This document shows positions 28,133 to 41,425 of a stretch of DNA of 64,000 nucleotides, piece by piece. Source of the DNA: Candidatus Babeliales bacterium. GTDB lineage: Bacteria; Acidobacteriota; Terriglobia; Terriglobales; Acidobacteriaceae. Made by a program: the position numbers and the translations under genes. Each line of letters starts with the position of its first letter. Within the stretch, counting starts at the first letter, position 1. Location of the stretch: positions 407-64,406 of the forward strand of contig CAZZYO010000006.1 of assembly GCA_964658255.1 (NCBI GenBank), written 5' to 3'. Below the pieces are notes generated by a model that ran no database searches, was not told the origin of the DNA, and was given only the letters and a program-made list of their open reading frames with translations.

Positions 28133-28780
28133 ATGGAAGCTTTTGAAGAACTACTGCGCCATGCAGAGGTTGCACACGGCCATCTCTGCGCAGGCCAGGT
28201 GCTTGGCGTCCGCATGGCCATGCTGGGTTGCGCGCGTCTTGGCATTGACGAGCCGCGCGGCGCCGACCGCAAACGCCTGGTGACCTATGTCGAGATAGAT
28301 CGCTGCGCGACTGATGCGATTGGTGTTGTAACGGGCTGCCGGCTCGGCAAGCGCGCGCTCAAATTTCGCGACTGGGGCAAGATGGCTGCAACCTTTGTCG
28401 ACTTAGCCAGCGGGCACGCGGTGAGGATCGCGGCGCGCGAGTCGTCCAAGGCGCGCGCGCGCGAGCTCTACCCAGAGATGGAAAACAAGAATCAGCAACA
28501 GATGCGCGCCTACCGCGAAATGCCGGACGCTGACCTCTTTACCGAAGAATGGGTCAAGGTGGTGCTTGAGCCGAAAGAGTTTCCGGGCTACAAGGGCGAG
28601 CGCATCTGCTGCGGCCTATGCGGAGAAGGCATAAACTACGACCGCTTTGTGCGCCGCGAAGGCCAGGCGTTCTGCCATGGCTGCGCCGAGCCTGCCGCGC
28701 GGTACTATCAGCCGCTTGCTTCCCCTGACTCAACCGGGCAGGACAGCACCCCGGCAGCCCTGCCGCATTGCGACTGCTGA
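28133..28780 (+). CDS. FmdE-family protein with C-terminal zinc ribbon
   Basis: AHGHLCAGQVLGVRMA is an FmdE-domain motif. C-terminal CCGLCGEG...FCHGC. Confidence 0.75.
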   Translation: MEAFEELLRHAEVAHGHLCAGQVLGVRMAMLGCARLGIDEPRGADRKRLVTYVEIDRCATDAIGVVTGCRLGKRALKFRDWGKMAATFVDLASGHAVRIAARESSKARARELYPEMENKNQQQMRAYREMPDADLFTEEWVKVVLEPKEFPGYKGERICCGLCGEGINYDRFVRREGQAFCHGCAEPAARYYQPLASPDSTGQDSTPAALPHCDC

Positions 28781-28800
28781 TCGTTTTCGCTGAAACAGTT

Positions 28801-28836
28801 AAAAAGCCCGGCGCTTTCACAAGCACCGGGCTTTCT
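28801..28836. terminator. hairpin between convergent genes (AGCCCGG...CCGGGCT followed by TTTCT)
   Basis: aaaaagcccggcgctttcacaagcaccgggctttct, read directly. A-run upstream, short T-run downstream. Confidence 0.4.
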
Positions 28837-28850
28837 GCAGACAGAAGCGG

Positions 28851-29384
28851 CTAGGAGCGAACCCTTGCCACTGCCCGGCTGGGCAGCATGCGTTCGACGA
28901 GTACCGGCAGCCCGAAGACCAGGCTGACCACCAAAGTCGTTGAGATCACATCATTGCGATAGAAGGGCAGCCCTGCTGCAAGGCACGTGGCCAGCCCGGC
29001 AAGAGTGTGCGGGTAAAACGAGCCCGCCACCGCCCACACGGCATAGTTGGTGATGAGATAAAACGAAGTCGAGGTCAGCACCGCCGCACCCACCACGTTG
29101 ACCGGTCCCTGGCGCTCGGCAAGCAGTACCCGCCCAAACACCATGGCCACCGCGTACCAGGCCCAGGTCAGCAAGTAGTCGTGCGCATGGAAGGCGTAAC
29201 CGTAGGCAAACCTGGTCAGGTACCAGTCGGCCGCGGCCAGCAGTATGAGCGGAAACACGCCCTGCCAGATTGGCCGTCGCGCACCAAACACCAGCAGCGA
29301 CCCACCCACCGCGGTAAAGCTTAACCAGGGATGAGGCAGCACGTGGCTTAAGACAGCAGCAAAGATCAGGGCAAACGCGAACAT
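28851..29384 (-). CDS. polytopic membrane protein (DUF6580-like putative transporter component)
   Basis: Start moved to the ATG at 29384 (GAGG 5 nt upstream). MFAFALIFAAVLSHVLPHPWLSFTAVGG resembles the DUF6580 N-terminus. This call is from memory. Confidence 0.55.
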   Translation of the reverse strand: MFAFALIFAAVLSHVLPHPWLSFTAVGGSLLVFGARRPIWQGVFPLILLAAADWYLTRFAYGYAFHAHDYLLTWAWYAVAMVFGRVLLAERQGPVNVVGAAVLTSTSFYLITNYAVWAVAGSFYPHTLAGLATCLAAGLPFYRNDVISTTLVVSLVFGLPVLVERMLPSRAVARVRS

Positions 29385-29531
29385 CGGTACCTCGTGGAGC
29401 AGCTTCGGGAGAAGCGCCTCTCCCATTGTCGGGAGATGGAAGCAGGGGGTCAAGCACCAAAGCATCCTGGGGTCCCAATCCGGCAGAAAAGTTCCGGGAG
29501 GGCGGCGCCAACTGGGTAACCGCCTTCGCCA

Positions 29532-32844
<3,313 letters not shown>

Positions 32845-32981
32845 GCTTTGCCTTCACGAAAGAGCACCAGCGGGGACTTCTGCCTTACGCAACCGCATGC
32901 CTGTCTACTCGCTTTCCACCCTGCCATTTGCGCGTCTATGTAGGAGTACCTTCCTTGAGTCACAAGGACTAAGATAAAGAC

Positions 32982-33671
32982 ATGGCACAGAACCAGTTCC
33001 GCTCCTACAACAACTCATATGGCGTGATCAATGGCGGCCAGATCATCGACCGCACCGAGGCAACCTCCAGCCTGCTCGGCAAGGTGCTGGGGATGGTGAG
33101 TGTTGCCTTTGCGCTTACCGCGGCCGGCAGCTATGTCTCGCTTTCTATCGCGCCCGGCCTTGCGATGCTGATCATGCTGCTTAACTTCGGCACCCTCTTC
33201 GCGATCCGTGCCGCACGTGCCAGCGAATCCAGGCAGGTCACGCTGCTTTACGTCTTCGCATTTCTCGAAGGCGTCGGTCTCGGCCCAACGATCAACCACT
33301 ACCTGGGCCATGGTGGTCCGCACCTGGTGATGACTGCGGCCATGACCACCGGCATCGGCATGGCCATGCTCGGCACCTTCTCCTACGCAGTCTCGGTGAA
33401 CTACCGCAAGGTTTCAGCGATCGGCTCGTTCCTGCTGATCGGCCTGATCGTCATGATGCTCGCGACGATGTTCTTTCACTTCGTGCAGCCAACCACGATC
33501 GACTGGCTGGTGCTTGCAATCTTCTCGCTGCTCACCGTCGGCGACTTCGCCCGCGTGCGTGCAGGTGGCGGCGGAGCGACAGCAGCCGAACTCGCGCTTT
33601 CCATCTTCCTCGATGGACTGAACCTGTTCCTGGCTGTGCTGCGCATCTTCGGCAATCGCAGCGGTGACTAA
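32982..33671 (+). CDS. Bax inhibitor-1 / YccA family membrane protein
   Basis: 229 aa, 7 TM-like segments, typical N-terminal region and a charged C-terminal tail. Confidence 0.8.
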   Translation: MAQNQFRSYNNSYGVINGGQIIDRTEATSSLLGKVLGMVSVAFALTAAGSYVSLSIAPGLAMLIMLLNFGTLFAIRAARASESRQVTLLYVFAFLEGVGLGPTINHYLGHGGPHLVMTAAMTTGIGMAMLGTFSYAVSVNYRKVSAIGSFLLIGLIVMMLATMFFHFVQPTTIDWLVLAIFSLLTVGDFARVRAGGGGATAAELALSIFLDGLNLFLAVLRIFGNRSGD

Positions 33672-33745
33672 GGCCTGGTTCTGTACCGCCTGTCACCGTA
33701 GCCCTCCGGATGACAACGCGCCGTTACAGCATCCTCACCAGCGAG

Positions 33746-35668
33746 CTAGCTCTTCATCACCGTGCGGATATGTAACTCGCGCAGTTGCGTATCCGATACG
33801 GGCGTTGGCGCGTCCACCATCAGGTCGATTGCTTTTGCTGTCTTGGGAAACGCGATGACCTCGCGCAGCGAATGTGCCCCGGCAAGGATCATTACGATCC
33901 GGTCGAGCCCCAGCGCGATGCCGCCGTGTGGCGGTGTGCCATACTGCAGCGCCTCCAAAAAGAAGCCAAACCGCTCCCGAGCCTCATCATCGGACATGCC
34001 CAGCGCACGGAAGATCTGCTGCTGCACATCCTGCCGATGAATACGAATCGACCCTGAGCCAAGCTCCAGACCGTTCATCGCAACATCGTAGTACCGCGCG
34101 CGCACCGATGCAGGATCGGTCAGCAGCCTGTCCATATCTTCCTCATGCGGCGAGGTGAATGGGTGGTGCGACGGCATCCACTTGCCCGATTCCTCGTCAT
34201 GCTCAAACATGGGGAAGTCGGTCACCCAGATGGGCAGGAACGCATGCGAACCGTCAACGGCGCCAGGATCAAATGCGCTGTCGTTCTCGTTGCGCCGAGC
34301 AGGCGCGGCGACCGCTGCATCGGTGACGCGAAAGGCGCCATGCCGCTCCGAGTACTTGCGCGCCAGCTCCACACGAAACGCGCCGGCAGCAGAGTAGACC
34401 GCAATCTCCCGCTCCGAAAGGCGTCCCTGCGACTTGGTTGCTGAGCCTCGCACTGGAGCATCCGCGTCGCCGGCAACGACGATGAGCAGATCGTCTGCCC
34501 CTGCGGCGAAGTCGTCCTGAGCGGCAGCCGCGACCAGCGCACGCAGCTTTTCGACAGCGCCAGGGTAGCCCTTCTCCAGCCGCTTGAGATCGTCGATGTA
34601 CTTGGCCGCTCCCTTGCGACTGTCGAACAGAGGCTTATTCTCATCCCGCTCTTTGCGCGAAAGCTCGCCGACGCGCGGGATCCGCAGCGCGACCACTGGC
34701 AGCTCGGGCGCGATCGCAAGCGAGGCCAGCTCTTCTGTTGTGAACGCCTCGCGTACGTCGGTCAACCCGGGCAGCCGCAGGTCCGGCTTGTCGATGCCGA
34801 ACCGCCGCATTGACTCGTCATAAGTGATCTGGGGGAAAGGCGTTGGCAGCGCGATACCGACTGCTGCGAATGCCGCCGAGAGAAAACCCTCGACCACGCG
34901 AAAGATCGTCTCCTGCTGCGGGAAGGTCATCTCGAGATCGATCTGCGTAAACTCCGGCTGGCGATCGGCGCGGAGATCTTCATCGCGGAAGCAGCGAGCA
35001 ATCTGGAAGTAGCGGTCAAAGCCCGAGATCATCAGGATCTGCTTGAAGAGCTGTGGAGATTGCGGCAGCGCGTAGAACTCGCCCGTGTGCACGCGGCTCG
35101 GTACCAGATAGTCACGCGCACCCTCTGGAGTAGAGCGCGTCATAAAGGGCGTCTCCACCTCGTAAAAGCCTTCGCCTGCGAGGTGCTGCCGAACGGCAAG
35201 CGCCACCTTGTGCCGAACCTCGAAGTTGCGCTGCATCTCGTGGCGGCGCAGGTCGATGTAGCGATATTTGAGCCGCACTTCTTCGTTCGCGATTGCGTCT
35301 TCCGCAGGGGAGAACGGCGCGAGCCTGGCGTCATTGAGCACGCGGAGTTCCGTGGCAACGACCTCGATCTGGCCTGTAACCATCTTCGGATTGGCAAGCC
35401 CGGCCCCCCGCAGCCGCACGCGGCCAATGGCAGCAACCACATATTCCGGGCGCACATGCTCCGCCTTGGCGTGACCCTCGGGACAAAGATCCTTGTCCAG
35501 CACGATCTGGGTGACGCCGTAGCGATCGCGCAAGTCGAGGAAGATAAGGTTGCCGTGGTCGCGCCGGCGGTTGACCCAGCCCAGCAGGGTGACTTGTTTG
35601 CCTGCGGATTCACTGCGCAGAGCACCGCAAGTGTCGGTGCGTTGAAGCGTTCCTAAGTAGTCCAGCAA
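33746..35668 (-). CDS. aspS: aspartate--tRNA ligase
   Basis: N-terminal OB fold (VTLLGWVNRRRDHGNLIFLDLRDRYGVTQIV). Class II motifs FRDEDLRADRQPEFTQ and GGIALGLDR. Confidence 0.92.
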   Translation of the reverse strand: MLDYLGTLQRTDTCGALRSESAGKQVTLLGWVNRRRDHGNLIFLDLRDRYGVTQIVLDKDLCPEGHAKAEHVRPEYVVAAIGRVRLRGAGLANPKMVTGQIEVVATELRVLNDARLAPFSPAEDAIANEEVRLKYRYIDLRRHEMQRNFEVRHKVALAVRQHLAGEGFYEVETPFMTRSTPEGARDYLVPSRVHTGEFYALPQSPQLFKQILMISGFDRYFQIARCFRDEDLRADRQPEFTQIDLEMTFPQQETIFRVVEGFLSAAFAAVGIALPTPFPQITYDESMRRFGIDKPDLRLPGLTDVREAFTTEELASLAIAPELPVVALRIPRVGELSRKERDENKPLFDSRKGAAKYIDDLKRLEKGYPGAVEKLRALVAAAAQDDFAAGADDLLIVVAGDADAPVRGSATKSQGRLSEREIAVYSAAGAFRVELARKYSERHGAFRVTDAAVAAPARRNENDSAFDPGAVDGSHAFLPIWVTDFPMFEHDEESGKWMPSHHPFTSPHEEDMDRLLTDPASVRARYYDVAMNGLELGSGSIRIHRQDVQQQIFRALGMSDDEARERFGFFLEALQYGTPPHGGIALGLDRIVMILAGAHSLREVIAFPKTAKAIDLMVDAPTPVSDTQLRELHIRTVMKS

Positions 35669-35892
35669 ATCTCGAATCCTTTCACCAGGCGTTCGTCAAT
35701 GCGCCGCATGGCTGCTTCTCTCTGAGCCTGCCAGGCCTCGCCGATGGCAAGGTAGAAGGCGATTCCACCGCGGAACGTTCAGCGGAGACTTTTTGACATA
35801 CGGCTTGAGCGGCCGCCTCTTCGCCAAGATTTGATCCGCCGCCAGCCCCGGGTCTGCAGAGTTCCTGGGTGCCGCCACTACCATACTGGCTT

Positions 35893-37227
35893 TCATGTTG
35901 CCTTCAAGTGCGCGGCGACGGCTGCGTGCTCCACCTTTTTCTGCTCGCCGGTAGCAAAGTCCTTCACCGTGTATTGACCTGATTGTTGTTCGTCTTCGCC
36001 GAAGATGATGATTTTGGACGCAAGCTTGTCTGCGGTTTCGAAAGATTTTTTCAGCCGAAAGGATCCATCCCCCAGCTCGACCCGCAACCCGGCCCGCCGC
36101 AGCTCGCGGGCCAGCTCAAGCGCATGCGCGTTCATCGCCTCGCCGACGGGTGCAATGTAGGCATCGGCCTTGCTCGCCTCCGCCGAAGCTCCCGCCGCTT
36201 CCTGCAACGCTTGCAGCGTCAGCACCAGCCTGTCTGCTCCAATCGCAAAGCCGATCCCCGGCGCCTTTGGGCCTCCCAGCATCTCGGACAAGCCGTCATA
36301 CCGCCCTCCGCCAAGCAGGGCATTCTGCGTGCCGAGGCCGGTGGCATGGGTAAACTCAAAGGTTGTTCGCGTGTAGTAATCCAGCCCGCGCACCAGGCGC
36401 GCGTTCACCGTATATGGAACGTCGCACCTGTCGAGAGCCGCGCGAACAGCGGCAAAGTGTGCTGTGGACGCCTCGTCAAGGAAGTCGGCGATCTTTGGCA
36501 GCGCGTCAATTGCCTCCTGGTCTTCCGGCACCTTGCAGTCGAGGACGCGCAGCGGGTTGCTGTGCGCGCGTGTTTGGCAGTCGCCGCAGAGTGTTGGCGC
36601 GACGGCAGCCAATGCTTCACGAAGTGCTGCAATGTAGCGCGGCCGGTCCGAAGCAGTGCCGACGGAGTTGATCGCGAGGGTATAGCCCGGCCGTGCTTCG
36701 CCGCCAGACTTCGACGCCGGTTCAATTCCCAGCTCAGCCAGAAACGACGCCAGCATCTCGATTACTTCGGCATCGCGCAGCGGCGACTCGGATCCCGCCG
36801 CAACCGGCCCGATCACCTCCGCGCCGATCTGCCAGAACTGCCGATATCGACCCTTCTGCGGCCGCTCCCGCCGAAACTGCGGACCAATATAAAAAAGCTT
36901 CTGCAGCAATCCTCGCTCGCCTAGATTGTGCTCGATATACGCCCGCACCACCCCGGCCGTGTTCTCCGGCCTCAGCGTCAACGACTGCGCTTTTTCTGAC
37001 GCTGCCCGGGCCCGGTCCTCCCACGTGTACATCTCTTTCGAGACGATGTCCGTTTCCTCTCCTACGCCACGGGCAAACAGCTGCGTGTCTTCAAAGATGG
37101 GCGTACGAACTTCGCCGAAGTTGTAGCGCGAAAATACCCGCCGGGCTGTCGCCTCAACATGGTTCCATAGCTCGGTTTCAGGAGGCAGCAAGTCGCGCGT
37201 GCCGCGTACAGCTTTCAAGGTGCTCAT
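35893..37227 (-). CDS. hisS: histidine--tRNA ligase
   Basis: MSTLKAVRGTRDLLP start, LRPENTAGVVRAY, YIGPQFRRERPQKGRYRQFWQ, GGGRYDGL. Confidence 0.92.
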   Translation of the reverse strand: MSTLKAVRGTRDLLPPETELWNHVEATARRVFSRYNFGEVRTPIFEDTQLFARGVGEETDIVSKEMYTWEDRARAASEKAQSLTLRPENTAGVVRAYIEHNLGERGLLQKLFYIGPQFRRERPQKGRYRQFWQIGAEVIGPVAAGSESPLRDAEVIEMLASFLAELGIEPASKSGGEARPGYTLAINSVGTASDRPRYIAALREALAAVAPTLCGDCQTRAHSNPLRVLDCKVPEDQEAIDALPKIADFLDEASTAHFAAVRAALDRCDVPYTVNARLVRGLDYYTRTTFEFTHATGLGTQNALLGGGRYDGLSEMLGGPKAPGIGFAIGADRLVLTLQALQEAAGASAEASKADAYIAPVGEAMNAHALELARELRRAGLRVELGDGSFRLKKSFETADKLASKIIIFGEDEQQSGQYTVKDFATGEQKKVEHAAVAAHLKAT

Positions 37228-37336
37228 GAGTGTTAGTGATTAGCTTAGCAGTCCAGCTGGCGTTGACTGCACGCGCGGCAACCCCTCGCGCCGATTCGCC
37301 ATCTTGGTTGGGCAGCCCCCAGGGAGGGCTACACGC

Positions 37337-37543
37337 ATGCCTGAACGCAAGAGCACCATTCTCGCCTTGGTCCTCTGTATCTTCTTTGGTCCGTTTGGCA
37401 TGCTTTACAGCACCGTCCCGGGAGCCATCATCATGGGTGTGTTGTATGTCGCGCTGGGGATCCTCACCGCCGGGATCGCCTTGGCCGTACTGCATCCTAT
37501 CGCGGTCATCTGGGGTGTCTGGGCCGCTCACAATTCTAACTAG
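37337..37543 (+). CDS. small membrane protein (two predicted TM helices)
   Basis: ATG at 37337 preceded by AGGGAGGG. Hydrophobic 68-aa product. No family recognised. Confidence 0.45.
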   Translation: MPERKSTILALVLCIFFGPFGMLYSTVPGAIIMGVLYVALGILTAGIALAVLHPIAVIWGVWAAHNSN

Positions 37544-37596
37544 TGACTCGTGCATCACCTATCCGGCCGAGAAGAGCCCGCCTTGCTCGCCTGCCG

Positions 37597-38124
37597 TCAC
37601 ACGATGCCGGAAGCAAGCTCCTGCAGGTACAGCCGCGTGTAGTCCAGGTAGTTACGCGCATAGCCGAGGATCAGCTCGTGGTCAGCATCATCAAGCTCGC
37701 GCCGTACCTTGCCGGGGATGCCAGCGACCAATGACCTCGGCGGCACCACCATATGCTCCGGGATGACCGCACCTGCTGCAATGATGGACCCCTCGCCAAT
37801 GCGCGCATCGTTCAGCACACGTGCCCCGATGCCGATCAGGCAGGCATCCTCTACAATGCAGCCGTGGACTGTCGCATTGTGGCCTATTGTTACCAGCTCA
37901 CCCACCGTCACCGAATAGAGCCCACGCTGGCCGTGCAGCACCGCGCAATCCTGCACATTTGATCCAGCGCCGATCCGGATCGAGTGAACGTCGCCGCGAA
38001 CTACCGCGTTCATCCACACGCTCGCTCGTTCGCCAAGCACCACGTCGCCAATGACCTGCGCCGATGGGTCCACGTAGCAGCTGGGAGGCACCACCGGTAC
38101 TCGCCCCTGGTAGGCTCGAATCAT
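37597..38124 (-). CDS. gamma-class carbonic anhydrase family (hexapeptide repeat, PaaY/YrdA-like)
   Basis: Left-handed beta-helix hexapeptide repeats. VWMNAVVRGDV...IGAGSNVQD...HG motifs. Confidence 0.85.
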   Translation of the reverse strand: MIRAYQGRVPVVPPSCYVDPSAQVIGDVVLGERASVWMNAVVRGDVHSIRIGAGSNVQDCAVLHGQRGLYSVTVGELVTIGHNATVHGCIVEDACLIGIGARVLNDARIGEGSIIAAGAVIPEHMVVPPRSLVAGIPGKVRRELDDADHELILGYARNYLDYTRLYLQELASGIV

Positions 38125-38147
38125 CTAGTCGCCATCCTACGCTCATC

Positions 38148-38180
38148 AAAAAAGGCGCCCCTCTGAGGCGCCCTTTTTTT
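38148..38180. terminator. bidirectional intrinsic-terminator-like hairpin
   Basis: aaaaaaGGCGCCcctctgaGGCGCCcttttttt, read directly. It lies downstream of the DUF2383 gene. Confidence 0.6.
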
Positions 38181-38203
38181 GTATAAGCCTTTCAAACAGG
38201 AAG

Positions 38204-38647
38204 CTACACCACAGGCGCATCACGCATCGCCTTGACCTTGTCATGGCTGGCGTTCACATGCTCGGCCTGCTGCGCGATCAGCGCGCGCACCGTATCAGAA
38301 ACACTCGTATCAGCAAGTGCTTCCTTGTAAGCGCGCTTGGCCACATCCTCTCCTGACTCAGCTGTCTCGAGTAGACTGTGATCGCTCGTACCAAGGTGCG
38401 CTTTCACATCGCCCCATACGCGATGCAGCGTTCCGGCGACAGTGCCTGTCTCATGCACATCGGCATCTGTCACAAAGTTGACCGCCCGCTCTAACTCCGT
38501 TGCATAGCTGCCGCGTACCTGTGACTCCGCCAGGAAGTAGCTCTTGTACTCCGTGTCCTTGATGTGTTCGCCGATGTCAGCAAATCCCTTTTCGCCATCG
38601 CGGAGTACGCTGATCAGGTTGCGAATGCTCTTGTCATCGTTTGCCAT
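38204..38647 (-). CDS. PA2169/DUF2383-family four-helix-bundle (ferritin-like) protein
   Basis: IRNLISVLRDGEKGFADIGEHIKDTEYKSYF motif. Start moved to MANDDKS at 38647. Confidence 0.7.
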   Translation of the reverse strand: MANDDKSIRNLISVLRDGEKGFADIGEHIKDTEYKSYFLAESQVRGSYATELERAVNFVTDADVHETGTVAGTLHRVWGDVKAHLGTSDHSLLETAESGEDVAKRAYKEALADTSVSDTVRALIAQQAEHVNASHDKVKAMRDAPVV

Positions 38648-38773
38648 AGTGTTTAGCCCTCGTCTGTTCGGATGGCTGGCAACACCGTGGTGTTGGCTGC
38701 TGGAGCTGAGCTGGTATTGCAGACAACAAAAGGCGCCCCACAAGGGAGCGCCCTTTCTTCCAACCACCGGGTG

Positions 38774-39145
38774 CTAGGCAGCGGCGGTGTGGCCCAGCGC
38801 TGTCTTGGCCTGGGTGACCAGGGCTGCGAAGCCGCGCTCATCGTTCACCGCCAGGTCAGCAAGCATCTTGCGATCCAGCTCTACGCCAGCCTTTTTCAGG
38901 CCGTTGATCAAAAGCGAGTAGCTGATGCCGTTGATCTTAGCCGCAGCGTTGATGCGCACTATCCACAGAGAGCGGTACTGCCGCTTCTTTTGCTTGCGTC
39001 CGCTATAGGCAAACTTCAGTCCGCGCTCTACGGCTTCCTGCGCCGCCTGGTACAGCTTTGACTTGGTAAGGAAATAGCCGCTCGCGCGCTTGAGAATCTT
39101 TTTGCGGCGGTCGTTGCGTTTCGTTCCACGTTTTACGCGTGGCAT
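38774..39145 (-). CDS. rplT: 50S ribosomal protein L20
   Basis: [24 protein letters not shown]...[12 protein letters not shown]. Confidence 0.95.
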   Translation of the reverse strand: MPRVKRGTKRNDRRKKILKRASGYFLTKSKLYQAAQEAVERGLKFAYSGRKQKKRQYRSLWIVRINAAAKINGISYSLLINGLKKAGVELDRKMLADLAVNDERGFAALVTQAKTALGHTAAA

Positions 39146-39316
39146 GGGCGTGCTCCTTTTGCGTCTTTCGTTGTGCGGCTGGAGGCAAGGGGGACAGTAG
39201 TCCTTGGGACCTCTTCACTCGCTTCGTACCTTGATCTCGCGGCCCTCATCTGCGGAGGCGCCGGGGGCTCGATGCGCAAACGCTTTGCGCGGCCCTCGTT
39301 CTACCAAAAGAACGGA

Positions 39317-39514
39317 TCAGGCGTAGGGGATCATCCGGGCTACCTTCTTGTAGTCGGCGTCCGAGACCAGCGTGCTGTGTGCCAGCTTGCGCTTGGTCTT
39401 GGTCTCCTTCGACGTCAGAATGTGGCGCATCTTGGACTGGCCGCGCACGATCTTGCCGGTACCAGTCTTTTTGAAGCGCTTGGCGGCGCCCTTATGGGTC
39501 TTCAACTTTGGCAT
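39317..39514 (-). CDS. rpmI: 50S ribosomal protein L35
   Basis: [24 protein letters not shown]. Confidence 0.95.
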   Translation of the reverse strand: MPKLKTHKGAAKRFKKTGTGKIVRGQSKMRHILTSKETKTKRKLAHSTLVSDADYKKVARMIPYA

Positions 39515-39613
39515 GGTTTCCTGCTTGGAAGTACAAGGGTTACAACATCAGCCAGTATACGCGACAGGGCGGCGCGAGACTAGGAGCCGCCCCAACCCTG
39601 GTCCAATCAAGCT

Positions 39614-40549
39614 ATGATGCAGGCCATGCCGCACTCATCCCTCTTGCTCGCGGGGCTGTTCTTTCTTGCAGCACTGCTGCCCTGCGGAGCCACGCAGCCT
39701 CGACGATCTCTGCAAGTTGCCGTATATGGAGACCTGATGGTCAATGACCAGCAGGTAAGCTGGCCGACTCCCGCGTCCCTGGCACAAGATTTGCGCTCGA
39801 AGGATGATCGGGTCCGACTGCGAGCCTTGCACTTGCTCGGTATGGAGGACGAGCAGCTCTACGTCCAGCAGTGGTCCGCAACGACCCCATCGCGCCCGCT
39901 TGAAAAACGGCTGCTGTTACCCGATGTAGTGTCGCTTACCTATGCGGCCTTGGGAGAAGATGCGACGCAGCAAGCCGTCCTGGCGATTCAGAGCAATCAG
40001 CAGTCCATGGTTTTTGCCGCGGTTGCCGAGCCTGGGCCGCATGGCTGGTTAAGGATCGCGGCCATCGATTGCGGATGTCGCTACGACCCGACGCTCGCCG
40101 AGTTCCTCACCCTGTCTGCGTGGCCTGAAAATCCAGTCCAGCCTTCGCACCTGGAGCTGGTACTCCGTACGAGCGGCGGAGGGAGCGGTCTGTACGTGCA
40201 GCACGAGACACGGTTTCGCGTGCACCAGGGACAACTGACGCCCTTAATTTCCTTTGAGAGACGCCACCGAGATTGCAACGTCTCAGCTGCGAGATACTGC
40301 GTGGTCACGCAGCGGACCTTTGAAGATCGCCTGCTTCCCCTCTCCTCTGCCGGAAGCAGCTACGAGCCCGTCGGCACTCTCACGACCGTAGCTGCTCGCA
40401 TCCCAAGCCCCCAACTGCACGGAACAGCGGCGGACTGGCAGCTGCATGGTCACTCAGCCAGGTGCCAGAGCTATCGATGGAACGAACCAGCATCTCGCTT
40501 TGAGCGTAGTGATCCCGTGCTGGGCTCCTGCCAGTCGACGCCTCGGTAG
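39614..40549 (+). CDS. hypothetical secreted protein
   Basis: 311-aa ORF with a signal-like N-terminus (LLLAGLFFLAALLPCGA). No family recognised. Confidence 0.5.
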   Translation: MMQAMPHSSLLLAGLFFLAALLPCGATQPRRSLQVAVYGDLMVNDQQVSWPTPASLAQDLRSKDDRVRLRALHLLGMEDEQLYVQQWSATTPSRPLEKRLLLPDVVSLTYAALGEDATQQAVLAIQSNQQSMVFAAVAEPGPHGWLRIAAIDCGCRYDPTLAEFLTLSAWPENPVQPSHLELVLRTSGGGSGLYVQHETRFRVHQGQLTPLISFERRHRDCNVSAARYCVVTQRTFEDRLLPLSSAGSSYEPVGTLTTVAARIPSPQLHGTAADWQLHGHSARCQSYRWNEPASRFERSDPVLGSCQSTPR

Positions 40550-40571
40550 CGGTAGCAGTAAGCGGTCGGGG

Positions 40572-41339
40572 CTACTGGCTGATCGGGTACAGTACCAGGT
40601 TGCGGAAGAACACCTCGGCGCCTTCTGACTGGAAAAGGATCTTGCCTGCTGCCGGCGAAGGTTCAGTCCCTTCGTTGGCGAGTTTTCCGTTCACGTACTG
40701 CTTGATGTCGCTACCATTGACGACCAGCTCAAGCGTGTTCCACTCCCCATGCAAGTTCTCAAGCTCACCTACGGGGTCGCGGAAGCCGGTCACGTTCTTC
40801 GATGGGCCCTTGCCGAAGCGATCAATCTTCATTGCCGAGCCGGGCGGCCCGGTGACGCGCTTGCCATCGCGGCCGGTAAGCGCCGCGCCATCCGTCATCC
40901 AGAAGTCGCCCGTGCCGCCTTCGGTGATCTGGAACTCGATCGATCGGGGCCACACCTTGTTGTCACCCTCGATGTCATACAGGATGCCGCTATCTCGCGC
41001 TTGGCCCGCCCGCTCTCCAAAGGTGCCCTCGCCCCACTTGAACTCGGCGCGCAGGTAATAGTTCTGATAGGCACGCTTGGTGATGATGTAGCCCATCTCT
41101 TTGCCCGAGACATGAATGGCGCCGCCTTCAACGCGGAATATGCGCTCAGGATCGGCGTTCAGGCCCTTGGTCTTGAGAAAGATGTCGAAGCCGTCAAGAT
41201 TCACGCCATTGAAGAGCGGGATGGCGGCGCCGTGCGCGGGGATGCTTTCGGTAGACGCGGCCTGGCCCAGGGATGCCAGACTGCTGCAGAAGAGAAGTGC
41301 GGGAACCAGGCACGAGACGAGAGAGCGAGGCACGATCAT
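40572..41339 (-). CDS. DUF1080 (3-keto-disaccharide hydrolase-like) secreted protein
   Basis: Signal peptide from M18. FRVEGGAIHVSG...YYLRAEFKW...SGILY...IEFQI pattern. Confidence 0.7.
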   Translation of the reverse strand: MIVPRSLVSCLVPALLFCSSLASLGQAASTESIPAHGAAIPLFNGVNLDGFDIFLKTKGLNADPERIFRVEGGAIHVSGKEMGYIITKRAYQNYYLRAEFKWGEGTFGERAGQARDSGILYDIEGDNKVWPRSIEFQITEGGTGDFWMTDGAALTGRDGKRVTGPPGSAMKIDRFGKGPSKNVTGFRDPVGELENLHGEWNTLELVVNGSDIKQYVNGKLANEGTEPSPAAGKILFQSEGAEVFFRNLVLYPISQ

Positions 41340-41425
41340 CAGCAGGTCCTTAAGCGGCCAGGGAGCTTCAACTGCCCCCGAGCTTTGCACTCCGCCACAC
41401 TGACAAACCGGCTTAGCTGGGCGGC

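Noticed and set aside
35669-35892. 224-nt hisS-aspS spacer, with the 66-aa track ORF 35696-35896, considered as a possible leader or regulatory RNA or small gene.
   Set aside because: I could recognise no SD/ATG-supported small ORF and no conserved structure. The ORF composition is not protein-like, and T-box-type leaders are not expected in this lineage.
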